Shown one piece after another: positions 10,758 to 18,812 of a stretch of DNA of 64,000 bases. Each line of letters opens with the position of its first letter. Position 1 is the first letter of the stretch. Position numbers and translations under genes: made by a program. The DNA comes from Sphingobacteriia bacterium (GTDB lineage: Bacteria > Bacteroidota > Bacteroidia > Chitinophagales > Chitinophagaceae): contig CANGTR010000001.1 in the NCBI GenBank assembly GCA_947456855.1, positions 13,318 to 77,317 of the forward strand, written 5' to 3'. The notes beneath the pieces were generated by a model. That model ran no database searches. It worked only from the letters and a program-made list of their open reading frames with translations, and had not been told where the DNA came from.

Positions 10758-11700
10758 TTGGGGCAAAAAATTTCTTCTTTTTGCTTTTGCTGTATTGATC
10801 ATTATCAACTTTTTCAAACAGATTTCTACTAGCAATAAGCAGCACCAATTAGCCTTTAAATATACCGACACCAGTTGCTGGGTTGGTGCTGGTATTTATG
10901 AAATTCCTGATAACATTCATGGAGACTCTATCCGATATGGAAGAGATTTAATTGCACATACAGCTAAATATTTTGGGCCAAAGGGAAGCGTCAAACCCAT
11001 AACCAATGGAATGAATTGTCAAAATTGTCATTTGGATGCTGGCACTAAACCATGGGGCAATAATTATGGAGCTGTGGCAGCAAATTATCCTTTGTTTAGA
11101 GATCGATCCGGTTCAATTGAAAGCATTGAAAAAAGAATCAATGATTGTTTGGAGAGAAGTTTAAATGGCAGCCCCATTGATGAAGCTGGTTTAGAAATGA
11201 AAGCCATGGTAGCTTATATTAAATGGTTGGGCAAGGATGTTCCTATAAATACTAAACCAAAAGGAACTGGGATATAACAACTGGTTTATTTAAATAGAGC
11301 AGCAGATCCAGAAAAAGGCAATACTGTTTTTATCAATCATTGCGAAAGATGTCATGGCAAAAATGGCGAAGGAAAAATGGATTCAACCAATGTTGAATAT
11401 ACCTATCCTCCAGTTTGGGGAAAATACAGCTATAATGAATCTGCGGGTTTATTCAGGCTATCAAGCTTTGCAGGATTTGTAAAAAACAATATGCCCAATA
11501 CAGTAAACTATCTACATCCTGAACTGAGTGATGAAGAAGCCTGGGATGTAGCAGCATTTGTAAATTCACAGCCAAGACCGAATAAAAAATTCAAAGCCGA
11601 TTGGCCCAATGTCAGCAAAAAACCAAAGGATTACCCATTTGGCCCCTATACCGATTCACTAACCGAAAGTCAACATAAATATGGCCCTTGGAAAAAATAG
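10735..11700 (+). pseudogene. tsdA: TsdA-like diheme c-type cytochrome (thiosulfate dehydrogenase family) interrupted by one in-frame TAA at 11275-11277
   Basis: Heme 1 CQNCH, RINDCLERS Cys ligand; frame continues past TAA as QLVYLNRAADPEKGNTVFINHCERCHGKNGEG into the 11377-11700 ORF with NNMP Met ligand. Confidence 0.8.
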
Positions 11701-11731
11701 GTAACTAAAGAAAGTATCCTTCCGTCAAATT

Positions 11732-12916
11732 TTACACCGATTCAATTACCATTGCACTTGCACCACCACCTCCATTGCAAATACCAGCCCCACCAATTTT
11801 ACCATTGTGTTGCTTCAATACATGAATTAATGTTACGATAATTCTTGCACCACTACAGCCCAGCGGATGACCAAGAGATACTGCACCACCATGAACATTT
11901 ACGATAGCTGGATTGAGATTCATTTTTTGAGTATTGGCAATTCCAACTACAGAAAAAGCTTCATTTAATTCTACAAAATCCAAGTCAGCCATTTTCAATC
12001 CTGCTTTGGCTATGGCTTTTGGCAATGCCAACGATGGTGAAGTAGTAAACCATTCAGGTGCTTGTTCGGCATCTGCATAACTACGAATAATTGCCAAAGG
12101 CTTAATGCCCAATTCATCGGCTTTTTCTTTACTCATTAAAACAACTGCTGCTGCACCATCATTCATTGTACTTGCATTTGCAGCAGTAACTGTTCCATCT
12201 TTAATGAATGCGCCTTTTAGTTCAGGAATTTTATCGAACTTAACATTAAAAGCTTCTTCGTCTTTTGAAAATAAAATGGGATCACCCTTTCTTTGCGCTA
12301 TAGCAATGGGAATAATTTCATTTGTAAAAAATCCACTATTGATTGCATGTTGACTTTTGGTATAACTATCCACTGCAAATGCATCTTGATCGGCCCTCGA
12401 AATATTGCAATCCTTAGCGCAAAGTTCGGCAGCATTGCCCATTGCATAATTATGGTATACATCTGTTAAACCATCTTTAACTAACCCATCAATCAAAGAA
12501 ACATTGCCATACTTATTTCCCCATCGCATGTTGGGAGAATAGAATGGAACATTGCTCATGCTTTCCATACCACCTGCAACCACTATATCAGCATCCCCTA
12601 ATAAAATAGACTGTGCTCCTTGAGCAATGGCCTTCATTCCACTGGCACAAACTTTATTTACTGTGGTAGCAATAACCGAATCAGGCAATCCAGCAAATTT
12701 AGCCGCTTGACGTGCAGGAGCCTGCCCAGTATTGGCTTGAATCACACAGCCCATCAATACTTCGTTTACCAATGCAGGATCAATACCAGCTTTCTCAACT
12801 GCCCCTTTAATAGCAATGGCACCTAATTGAGGAGCCGAAAAATCTTTTAAACTACCACCAAAACTTCCGATAGGCGTACGAACTGCCGAAACGATATAAA
12901 CTGTTTTACTAGACAT
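11732..12916 (-). CDS. Acetyl-CoA C-acyltransferase (thiolase)
   Basis: VNKVCASG, NEAF, GHPLGCSG and GICNGGG catalytic motifs. Confidence 0.96.
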   Translation of the reverse strand: MSSKTVYIVSAVRTPIGSFGGSLKDFSAPQLGAIAIKGAVEKAGIDPALVNEVLMGCVIQANTGQAPARQAAKFAGLPDSVIATTVNKVCASGMKAIAQGAQSILLGDADIVVAGGMESMSNVPFYSPNMRWGNKYGNVSLIDGLVKDGLTDVYHNYAMGNAAELCAKDCNISRADQDAFAVDSYTKSQHAINSGFFTNEIIPIAIAQRKGDPILFSKDEEAFNVKFDKIPELKGAFIKDGTVTAANASTMNDGAAAVVLMSKEKADELGIKPLAIIRSYADAEQAPEWFTTSPSLALPKAIAKAGLKMADLDFVELNEAFSVVGIANTQKMNLNPAIVNVHGGAVSLGHPLGCSGARIIVTLIHVLKQHNGKIGGAGICNGGGGASAMVIESV

Positions 12917-12971
12917 GATTTAAAATTATGTTGCGAAATTAAGGAAAAAACTAACAAGTGTTAGGGTTGAG

Positions 12972-13006
12972 GAACTAAGAATTAAGAAATATGAATTATG
13001 AAATTG
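12972..13006 (+). repeat. Heptamer tract (GAACTAA GAATTAA GAAATAT GAATTAT GAAATTG)
   Basis: Five in-register 7-mers on the 5' side of thiolase. Confidence 0.6.
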
Positions 13007-13210
13007 GTATCCATTTTTTGAGTATCCTTCTGCGTATTTAATATTTATCAATTTGCTCCAATTGGTGCAAATTTTGAAATCCTATGGCTTCCATAATTAT
13101 GTTGTTTTCTTTCTTCCTCTTTTTATTTTTAAGTAGAAGATTAAAATTGATTTTAAATGCCCATAATTATGCATAGTGGTTATGAGATAGAACAATCATC
13201 TCATATTACA

Positions 13211-13636
13211 TTAATCAATCAATTTCATTCCATAATGGCCCAAAAGCGTAAATAAAGCACAACGCGTAACCACCCCTATACAGCACCACATCAATAATTT
13301 AGGTATCGCTACATTTAATCCAGTACCAACCCCAATACTTACAGGAGCGCCAACAGTCATGGTTCCAAAAAAACCCAACCCAATAACACCATATTTATTC
13401 CATATTTTATAAATCAGTTTGTTATTATCGGCTTCCTTTTTGGGTTTTCTAAATTTATTTAAATAAAGCTGAATTTTTTCTCCTAAAAATGCAGCAAAGA
13501 ATACACCTATTAGTCCGCCGATAACTGTTGTTAAAAAAATGAGCCAAGAGGGTATGTTCATAGCAAAGCCTGCCGGTATGGCTGCATAAATTTCAAAAGT
13601 TGCTAATCCGCCTACAGTAAGTATTTTAAAAAACAT
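13211..13636 (-). CDS. Small multi-drug export family membrane protein (COG2426-like)
   Basis: EIYAAIPAG motif, 4 TM helices, KYGVIGLG; ATG 13636 preferred over 13669. Confidence 0.7.
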   Translation of the reverse strand: MFFKILTVGGLATFEIYAAIPAGFAMNIPSWLIFLTTVIGGLIGVFFAAFLGEKIQLYLNKFRKPKKEADNNKLIYKIWNKYGVIGLGFFGTMTVGAPVSIGVGTGLNVAIPKLLMWCCIGVVTRCALFTLLGHYGMKLID

Positions 13637-13763
13637 ATCGTAATTAATAATTAAGAATGAAGTAAACATAAGAAATCCAATTAACTAAAAATGATAAGGG
13701 CAGAATATTTAACAATTGATATACATAGGCAACAATTTCATTGAATAATTGTTAACTAAATGA

Positions 13764-14480
13764 ATGAATAAGACCTTTTTATCTGCAAATTGGGAACATT
13801 TAATTATGGCCAACTATGCAGTAAACCCATCACTACTTGAACCATATCTTCCGAATGGGGTTGAATTGGATTATTTTAACAATCAAACATATGTGAGCCT
13901 TGTTGGATTCTTATTTAAAAATACTCGCTTATTTAATATACCAATCCCTATGTTGGGAACATTCGAAGAAATCAATCTTCGCTTCTATGTTAAACGAACA
14001 GAAGGCAAATCTGTTAAAAGAGGAGTTGTTTTTATTAATGAAACTGTACCTTATAAAATTGTTGCATTCATTGCCAATAAATTATACAAAGAACATTATA
14101 CTGCCATCCCAACAAAAAATACCATTTCAATTGACGGCTGCAATAAAAAAGTGAACTATGAATGGAAAATAAATAAATCCTGGAATCATTTATCGGTAGA
14201 AGCTGCTATTGAAAGAAAAGAAATGTTAACGGGAAGTATGGAAGAATTTATTTTCGAACATTATTATGGTTACACAAAAATAAGTGAGCTGGCTACGCAA
14301 GAATATAAAGTGAATCATCCAAGATGGCTGGTAAATGAAATACAAGATTATTCAATAAACTGCGATTTTAGATCGATGTATGGAGATAAATTTGATTACC
14401 TAAAAAATGAAAAACCACATTCAGTTATAATAGCAGAAGGATCATCGGTAAATGTTGACTGGAATAGAACAAAATTTTAA
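13764..14480 (+). CDS. YqjF/DUF2071 family protein
   Basis: FLSANWEHLIMANY, FEEINLRFYV, FIFEHYYGY, YKVNHPRW. Confidence 0.88.
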   Translation: MNKTFLSANWEHLIMANYAVNPSLLEPYLPNGVELDYFNNQTYVSLVGFLFKNTRLFNIPIPMLGTFEEINLRFYVKRTEGKSVKRGVVFINETVPYKIVAFIANKLYKEHYTAIPTKNTISIDGCNKKVNYEWKINKSWNHLSVEAAIERKEMLTGSMEEFIFEHYYGYTKISELATQEYKVNHPRWLVNEIQDYSINCDFRSMYGDKFDYLKNEKPHSVIIAEGSSVNVDWNRTKF

Positions 14481-14490
14481 ATCACTCATC

Positions 14491-14760
14491 ATGGAACAAA
14501 AAGATATTGATAGAATAATCGAAATGGCATGGGAAGATAGAACCCCATTTGAGGCTATCCTTTTTCAATTTGGTTTTTCGGAAGCAGCTGTAATTGAATT
14601 AATGAGAAAGCATTTAAAGCGAAGTAGTTTTAATTTATGGAGAAAGAGAGTAAACAGCGGGATAAGTCAAAAACATTTAATGAAAAGAAACCCTGAAATA
14701 AGTAGATTTAAGTGTAGCCTCCAAAAATCCATTTCGATGAATAAAATAAGCAAGCGATAA
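14491..14760 (+). CDS. TIGR03643 (DUF2805) family protein
   Basis: IDRIIEMAWEDRTPFEAI, FNLWRKRV; ATG 14491. Confidence 0.9.
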   Translation: MEQKDIDRIIEMAWEDRTPFEAILFQFGFSEAAVIELMRKHLKRSSFNLWRKRVNSGISQKHLMKRNPEISRFKCSLQKSISMNKISKR

Positions 14761-15858
14761 ATGAAGATTGATTTCCCTACCGACCATGAAAGTATTATTA
14801 ATAGAATAGCAACTATCGATCCATTACAATATGGGAAAACAAGAAATTTCATCAACGGATGTGTAACCTACTTATCACCGTATATCTCAAGAGGAGTTAT
14901 AAGCACCAAACAAGTACTCGAATCGGTATTAAGAAATGGATTTACAATTAGCGAAATTGAATCGTTCGTTAAAGAATTGTGTTGGAGAGATTATTTTCAG
15001 CGTGTTGGGCAAGCGAAAAATCTAGACCATGATATCAAACAAGCGCAATCCCCAATTTCGAATAATGCAATTCCAATAAACATTGTAAATGGCTCAACAG
15101 GCATAGAAGGGATAGACAATGCTATCGAAACTTTGAAAGACAAGGGTTATATGCATAACCATTGCAGAATGTACACTGCATCATTGGTTTGCAATATTGC
15201 TCAATCGCACTGGAAACAACCAGCTCAATGGATGTATTATCATTTATTAGACGGAGATTTCGCAAGTAATATATGCAGTTGGCAATGGGTTGCTGGCGCC
15301 AACAGCAATAAAAAATACTATGCCAACCAAGAAAATATCAATAAGTATACTTTCACCAATCAACAAAAAACTTTTTTAGATACCTCCTATGAAGAGTTAG
15401 TAAATTCGACTATCCCAAAAGAATTATCAGAAACTACCATTTTCAAAGAAACAACCAAATTGCCTGAACCCAATTTGATTGTTTTCGATAGCGCCCTCCC
15501 TACTTTTATTTATAATTACTACAACCTCGATCCATTATGGCATCAATCTGAGAAAGCTAACCGAATATTATTATTAGATCCAGATTTCTTTGGCGCTTAC
15601 CCAATTAGCTCAAAATGCGTTGACTTTATGTTGGCATTAAGCAAAAATATTACTGGCATTCAAGTATATATTGGTTCTTTTAAATCATTCGCTGAACAGT
15701 TTGAGTGTAAATCAATTTGCTTTAAAGAGCATCCGTTGAATATTGGATACATTGGTGTAGAAGAAAGTAGAGATTGGATTTCACCAGTTATTACAGGATA
15801 CTACCCTTCTTTTTTTGCTTATTGGAAAAAAATGGAGCAACAAATCAAAAAACAATAA
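14761..15858 (+). CDS. Photolyase-family protein with N-terminal FAD domain and C-terminal antenna-like domain (inverted order)
   Basis: LSPYISRG, ELCWRDYF, GYMHNHCRM, LLDGDFASN, WQWVAG all in the first ~185 aa. Confidence 0.85.
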   Translation: MKIDFPTDHESIINRIATIDPLQYGKTRNFINGCVTYLSPYISRGVISTKQVLESVLRNGFTISEIESFVKELCWRDYFQRVGQAKNLDHDIKQAQSPISNNAIPINIVNGSTGIEGIDNAIETLKDKGYMHNHCRMYTASLVCNIAQSHWKQPAQWMYYHLLDGDFASNICSWQWVAGANSNKKYYANQENINKYTFTNQQKTFLDTSYEELVNSTIPKELSETTIFKETTKLPEPNLIVFDSALPTFIYNYYNLDPLWHQSEKANRILLLDPDFFGAYPISSKCVDFMLALSKNITGIQVYIGSFKSFAEQFECKSICFKEHPLNIGYIGVEESRDWISPVITGYYPSFFAYWKKMEQQIKKQ

Positions 15859-15860
15859 AA

Positions 15861-16469
15861 ATGATTTTAACAAAAAACGATATTGTAGAATTAGAGCAAC
15901 GTTACAGAACTGCTTTTATTAATTCATTGGCTGGTTTTAGGCAAGCAGTTTTAGTTGGAACAAAATCTGCAGAAGGCAATTCAAACCTTGCCATTTTCAA
16001 TTCCCTTATTCACCTTGGTGCCAATCCTGCATTATTTGGGCTGATTAACCGACCTGACAGTGTTCAAAGAGATACACTGCAAAATATTAAAGACACCAAA
16101 GAATATACCTTAAATTTTATTAAAGCATCTGAATATAAAAAAGCACATCAAACTTCCGCTCGTTACGATAAAGGTGTTTCTGAATTTAACAAAGTGGGCT
16201 TCACAGAAAGGTATAAAACCAATTTTATTGCACCTTTCGTATCGGAGGCAATTGTGCAAATAGCTATGAAATTAGAGGAAATAATACCTATTGCCATCAA
16301 TGGAACTATTTTAATAATAGGAAGTATTCAATCAGTGGAGATGAATGATGAATTGGCTGGAAAAGACGGTTTCGTTAATTTATCATCTGAAGAAATACTA
16401 ATCAGCCAGGGTTTAGATGCCTATTTTACAGCTTCCTTGATTGGAAGACTGGATTATGCAAAACCATAA
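15861..16469 (+). CDS. Flavin reductase-like protein (DIM6/NTAB family)
   Basis: INSLAGFR, NLAIFNSLIHLGANP, RDTLQNI; ATG 15861. Confidence 0.85.
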   Translation: MILTKNDIVELEQRYRTAFINSLAGFRQAVLVGTKSAEGNSNLAIFNSLIHLGANPALFGLINRPDSVQRDTLQNIKDTKEYTLNFIKASEYKKAHQTSARYDKGVSEFNKVGFTERYKTNFIAPFVSEAIVQIAMKLEEIIPIAINGTILIIGSIQSVEMNDELAGKDGFVNLSSEEILISQGLDAYFTASLIGRLDYAKP

Positions 16470-16471
16470 AT

Positions 16472-17956
16472 ATGATGAACAAAATGAAGCAAGTAGGTAT
16501 TGTATTTCCACACCAATTATTCGAAAATTCTTTATTGATTTCGAAATGCGATACCATATACATAGTTGAGGAATGGTTGTTTTTTAAACAATATCCTTTT
16601 CATCAACAAAAAATAGCTTTTCACAGAGCTACAATGCAATTTTATCAAAGTTATCTAATACAAAAAGGCATCCATGTTGTATATGTTCATTCACAAGAAG
16701 CCATTTCAGAAATACAAACATTAATTGCCCATTTAAAGTCAATAGGCATAGAAACGATTGAATATATCGACACAATTGACAATTGGCTAGAAAAAAGAAT
16801 TACTACAACTTGCGCAAAGTATTTTATAAAAACAATAAAAAACACATCCCCATTATTCATTAATACTCCAGAAGAAATCAATACTTATTTTTCTACTAAG
16901 AAAAAACTATTTCAAACAGATTTTTACAAACACCAACGTTTAAAGCTGAATATTTTAATGGAGCAAAACAAACCTGTTGGAGATAAATTAAGTTTTGATG
17001 AAGAGAATCGGCAGAAATATCCAAAAGGGAAAACACCTCCTGCAGTTCACCTTTTTCCAATGAATGAATATTATGCTGAGAGTTTTCAATATACAAAGCA
17101 ACATTTTTCTGATAATTATGGCAACCTTAATAGTTCATTCATTTACCCCTCTAATTTTCAAGAAAGTAAAATATGGCTAAATGATTTCTTTAAGTACCGT
17201 TTCTCAGAGTTTGGTGCATATGAAGACGCAATTGTTACTGATCAACTAATCTTGCACCACAGCATCTTGTCGCCTCTACTTAACATAGGCATGCTTACCC
17301 CTCAATACATTATAGACGAATCATTGAGTTATGCACGCACACATTCAATACCACTCAATTCGTTAGAAGGATTTATAAGACAAATAATTGGTTGGAGAGA
17401 ATTCATAAGAGCTGTTTATCAGCTGAAAGGAACCGAAGAGCGCAATAAAAACTATTGGAAATTTACTAGAAAAATACCTTCTTCATTTTGGGATGGCACA
17501 ACAGGAATTGAACCAATTGACAATACCATTAAAAAAGTGTTAGCCACAGGATATTGCCATCATATTGAACGACTAATGGTACTGGGCAATTTTATGCTCC
17601 TTTGTGAATTTGACCCCAATGAAGTATACCGATGGTTTATGGAACTCTTTATTGATGCATATGACTGGGTAATGGTTCCCAATGTATATGGAATGAGCCA
17701 GTTTGCAGATGGTGGCATTATGGCTACTAAACCTTATATAAGCGGGAGCAATTACCTCATGAAAATGAGTGATTACAAAAAGGGTAATTGGCAAGAAACC
17801 TGGGATGGACTTTTCTGGAGATTCATGCATGAACACCGAGATTTCTTTTTGCAAAACCCTCGATTGGGAATGCTTATAAGAACATTTGATAAAATGAGTG
17901 AGGAAAAACAACAAATACATTTAAGCAATGCGGAAAAATATTTAGCTTCTTTGTAA
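16472..17956 (+). CDS. Cryptochrome/photolyase family, PhrB/CryB-related (6-4) photolyase
   Basis: FPHQLF N-terminus, FGAYEDA, HSILSPLLNIG, RQIIGWREF, CHHIERLM, YDWVMVPNV, KPYISGSNY. Confidence 0.92.
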   Translation: MMNKMKQVGIVFPHQLFENSLLISKCDTIYIVEEWLFFKQYPFHQQKIAFHRATMQFYQSYLIQKGIHVVYVHSQEAISEIQTLIAHLKSIGIETIEYIDTIDNWLEKRITTTCAKYFIKTIKNTSPLFINTPEEINTYFSTKKKLFQTDFYKHQRLKLNILMEQNKPVGDKLSFDEENRQKYPKGKTPPAVHLFPMNEYYAESFQYTKQHFSDNYGNLNSSFIYPSNFQESKIWLNDFFKYRFSEFGAYEDAIVTDQLILHHSILSPLLNIGMLTPQYIIDESLSYARTHSIPLNSLEGFIRQIIGWREFIRAVYQLKGTEERNKNYWKFTRKIPSSFWDGTTGIEPIDNTIKKVLATGYCHHIERLMVLGNFMLLCEFDPNEVYRWFMELFIDAYDWVMVPNVYGMSQFADGGIMATKPYISGSNYLMKMSDYKKGNWQETWDGLFWRFMHEHRDFFLQNPRLGMLIRTFDKMSEEKQQIHLSNAEKYLASL

Positions 17957-17966
17957 TCCTACCAAT

Positions 17967-18803
17967 TTACTTGACCAATTCAATTCCTGTTTTGGTAAAA
18001 TTAATCAGCTTTTGCTTGTACAAATTCCCTGTTGTCATTTTAAATGTTTTCTTACTCATTCCAAAGAAGGCATAAATTTCTTCGGGGTTAGATTTATCGT
18101 AATAAGGCAAATACCCATCATTTTCCTTGAGTAATCGAAGAATTTTTTCACCTTCATCTTCTACTTTGGTAAAACCTGGTTTACCCAATACCAAATCAAT
18201 TTTATTATCAGGGCGAATCTTTTTAATAAAGCCTTTTACCTTATCGCCAATTTCTAATTTTTGAAAAATTTCATTACCATGTAAAATACCAATATGTTTA
18301 TTGTTGATGATCATTACATATCCCAACTCTGATGTTCGATATGCTAATAAATCAACCAAGTCCATCTCTTTAACGGTTAAATCATCGTTGCTCATGGAGC
18401 TTTCGATCTTTTCAGTTGCTGCTACCCTACCGGTCATTTCATCGATATACAATTTAACCAGGTACTCGCCACCCAATCGCATACCAGACACTTGCTTAGA
18501 AGCTGGCACAAATAAATCCTTCATCAAACCCCAATCCAAAAAAGCGCCTTGTTTGGTTACAGATAAAACTTTGAGTTTAGCAATTTCTCCAACAACAGCA
18601 TTGGCCCTTTGTGTTGTTGCAATTAATCGATTATCGGAATCATGGTAAACAAATACTTCTAATTCATCCCCAATTTTAAGACCCTTTGGAACGAATCTTT
18701 TTGGCAATAAGATGCCTTCACCCCCATCATCGAGATAAAAACCAAAATCTACTTTACGGCTAACTTTTAATGTATTGTAATTACCTACTTGAACGGGTTC
18801 CAT
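17967..18803 (-). CDS. cvfB: S1-domain RNA-binding protein CvfB/YitL family
   Basis: GFYLDDGGEGILLP, GAFLDWGLMKDLFVP, C-terminal winged helix MSKKTFK. Confidence 0.9.
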   Translation of the reverse strand: MEPVQVGNYNTLKVSRKVDFGFYLDDGGEGILLPKRFVPKGLKIGDELEVFVYHDSDNRLIATTQRANAVVGEIAKLKVLSVTKQGAFLDWGLMKDLFVPASKQVSGMRLGGEYLVKLYIDEMTGRVAATEKIESSMSNDDLTVKEMDLVDLLAYRTSELGYVMIINNKHIGILHGNEIFQKLEIGDKVKGFIKKIRPDNKIDLVLGKPGFTKVEDEGEKILRLLKENDGYLPYYDKSNPEEIYAFFGMSKKTFKMTTGNLYKQKLINFTKTGIELVK

Positions 18804-18812
18804 TTTTATATT

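Noticed and set aside
11275-11277. Selenocysteine or pyrrolysine recoding in the TsdA-like gene
   Set aside because: The codon is TAA, not TGA or TAG, and TAA ends many other genes in the window.
11377-11700. Independent 107-aa gene
   Set aside because: It is the in-frame C-terminus of the interrupted cytochrome and starts after its CxxCH.
13092-13171. Two CATAATTATG palindromes 70 bp apart as an operator pair
   Set aside because: All but two bases are A/T, the sequence overlaps the AATTATG heptamer family, and no regulator gene is nearby.
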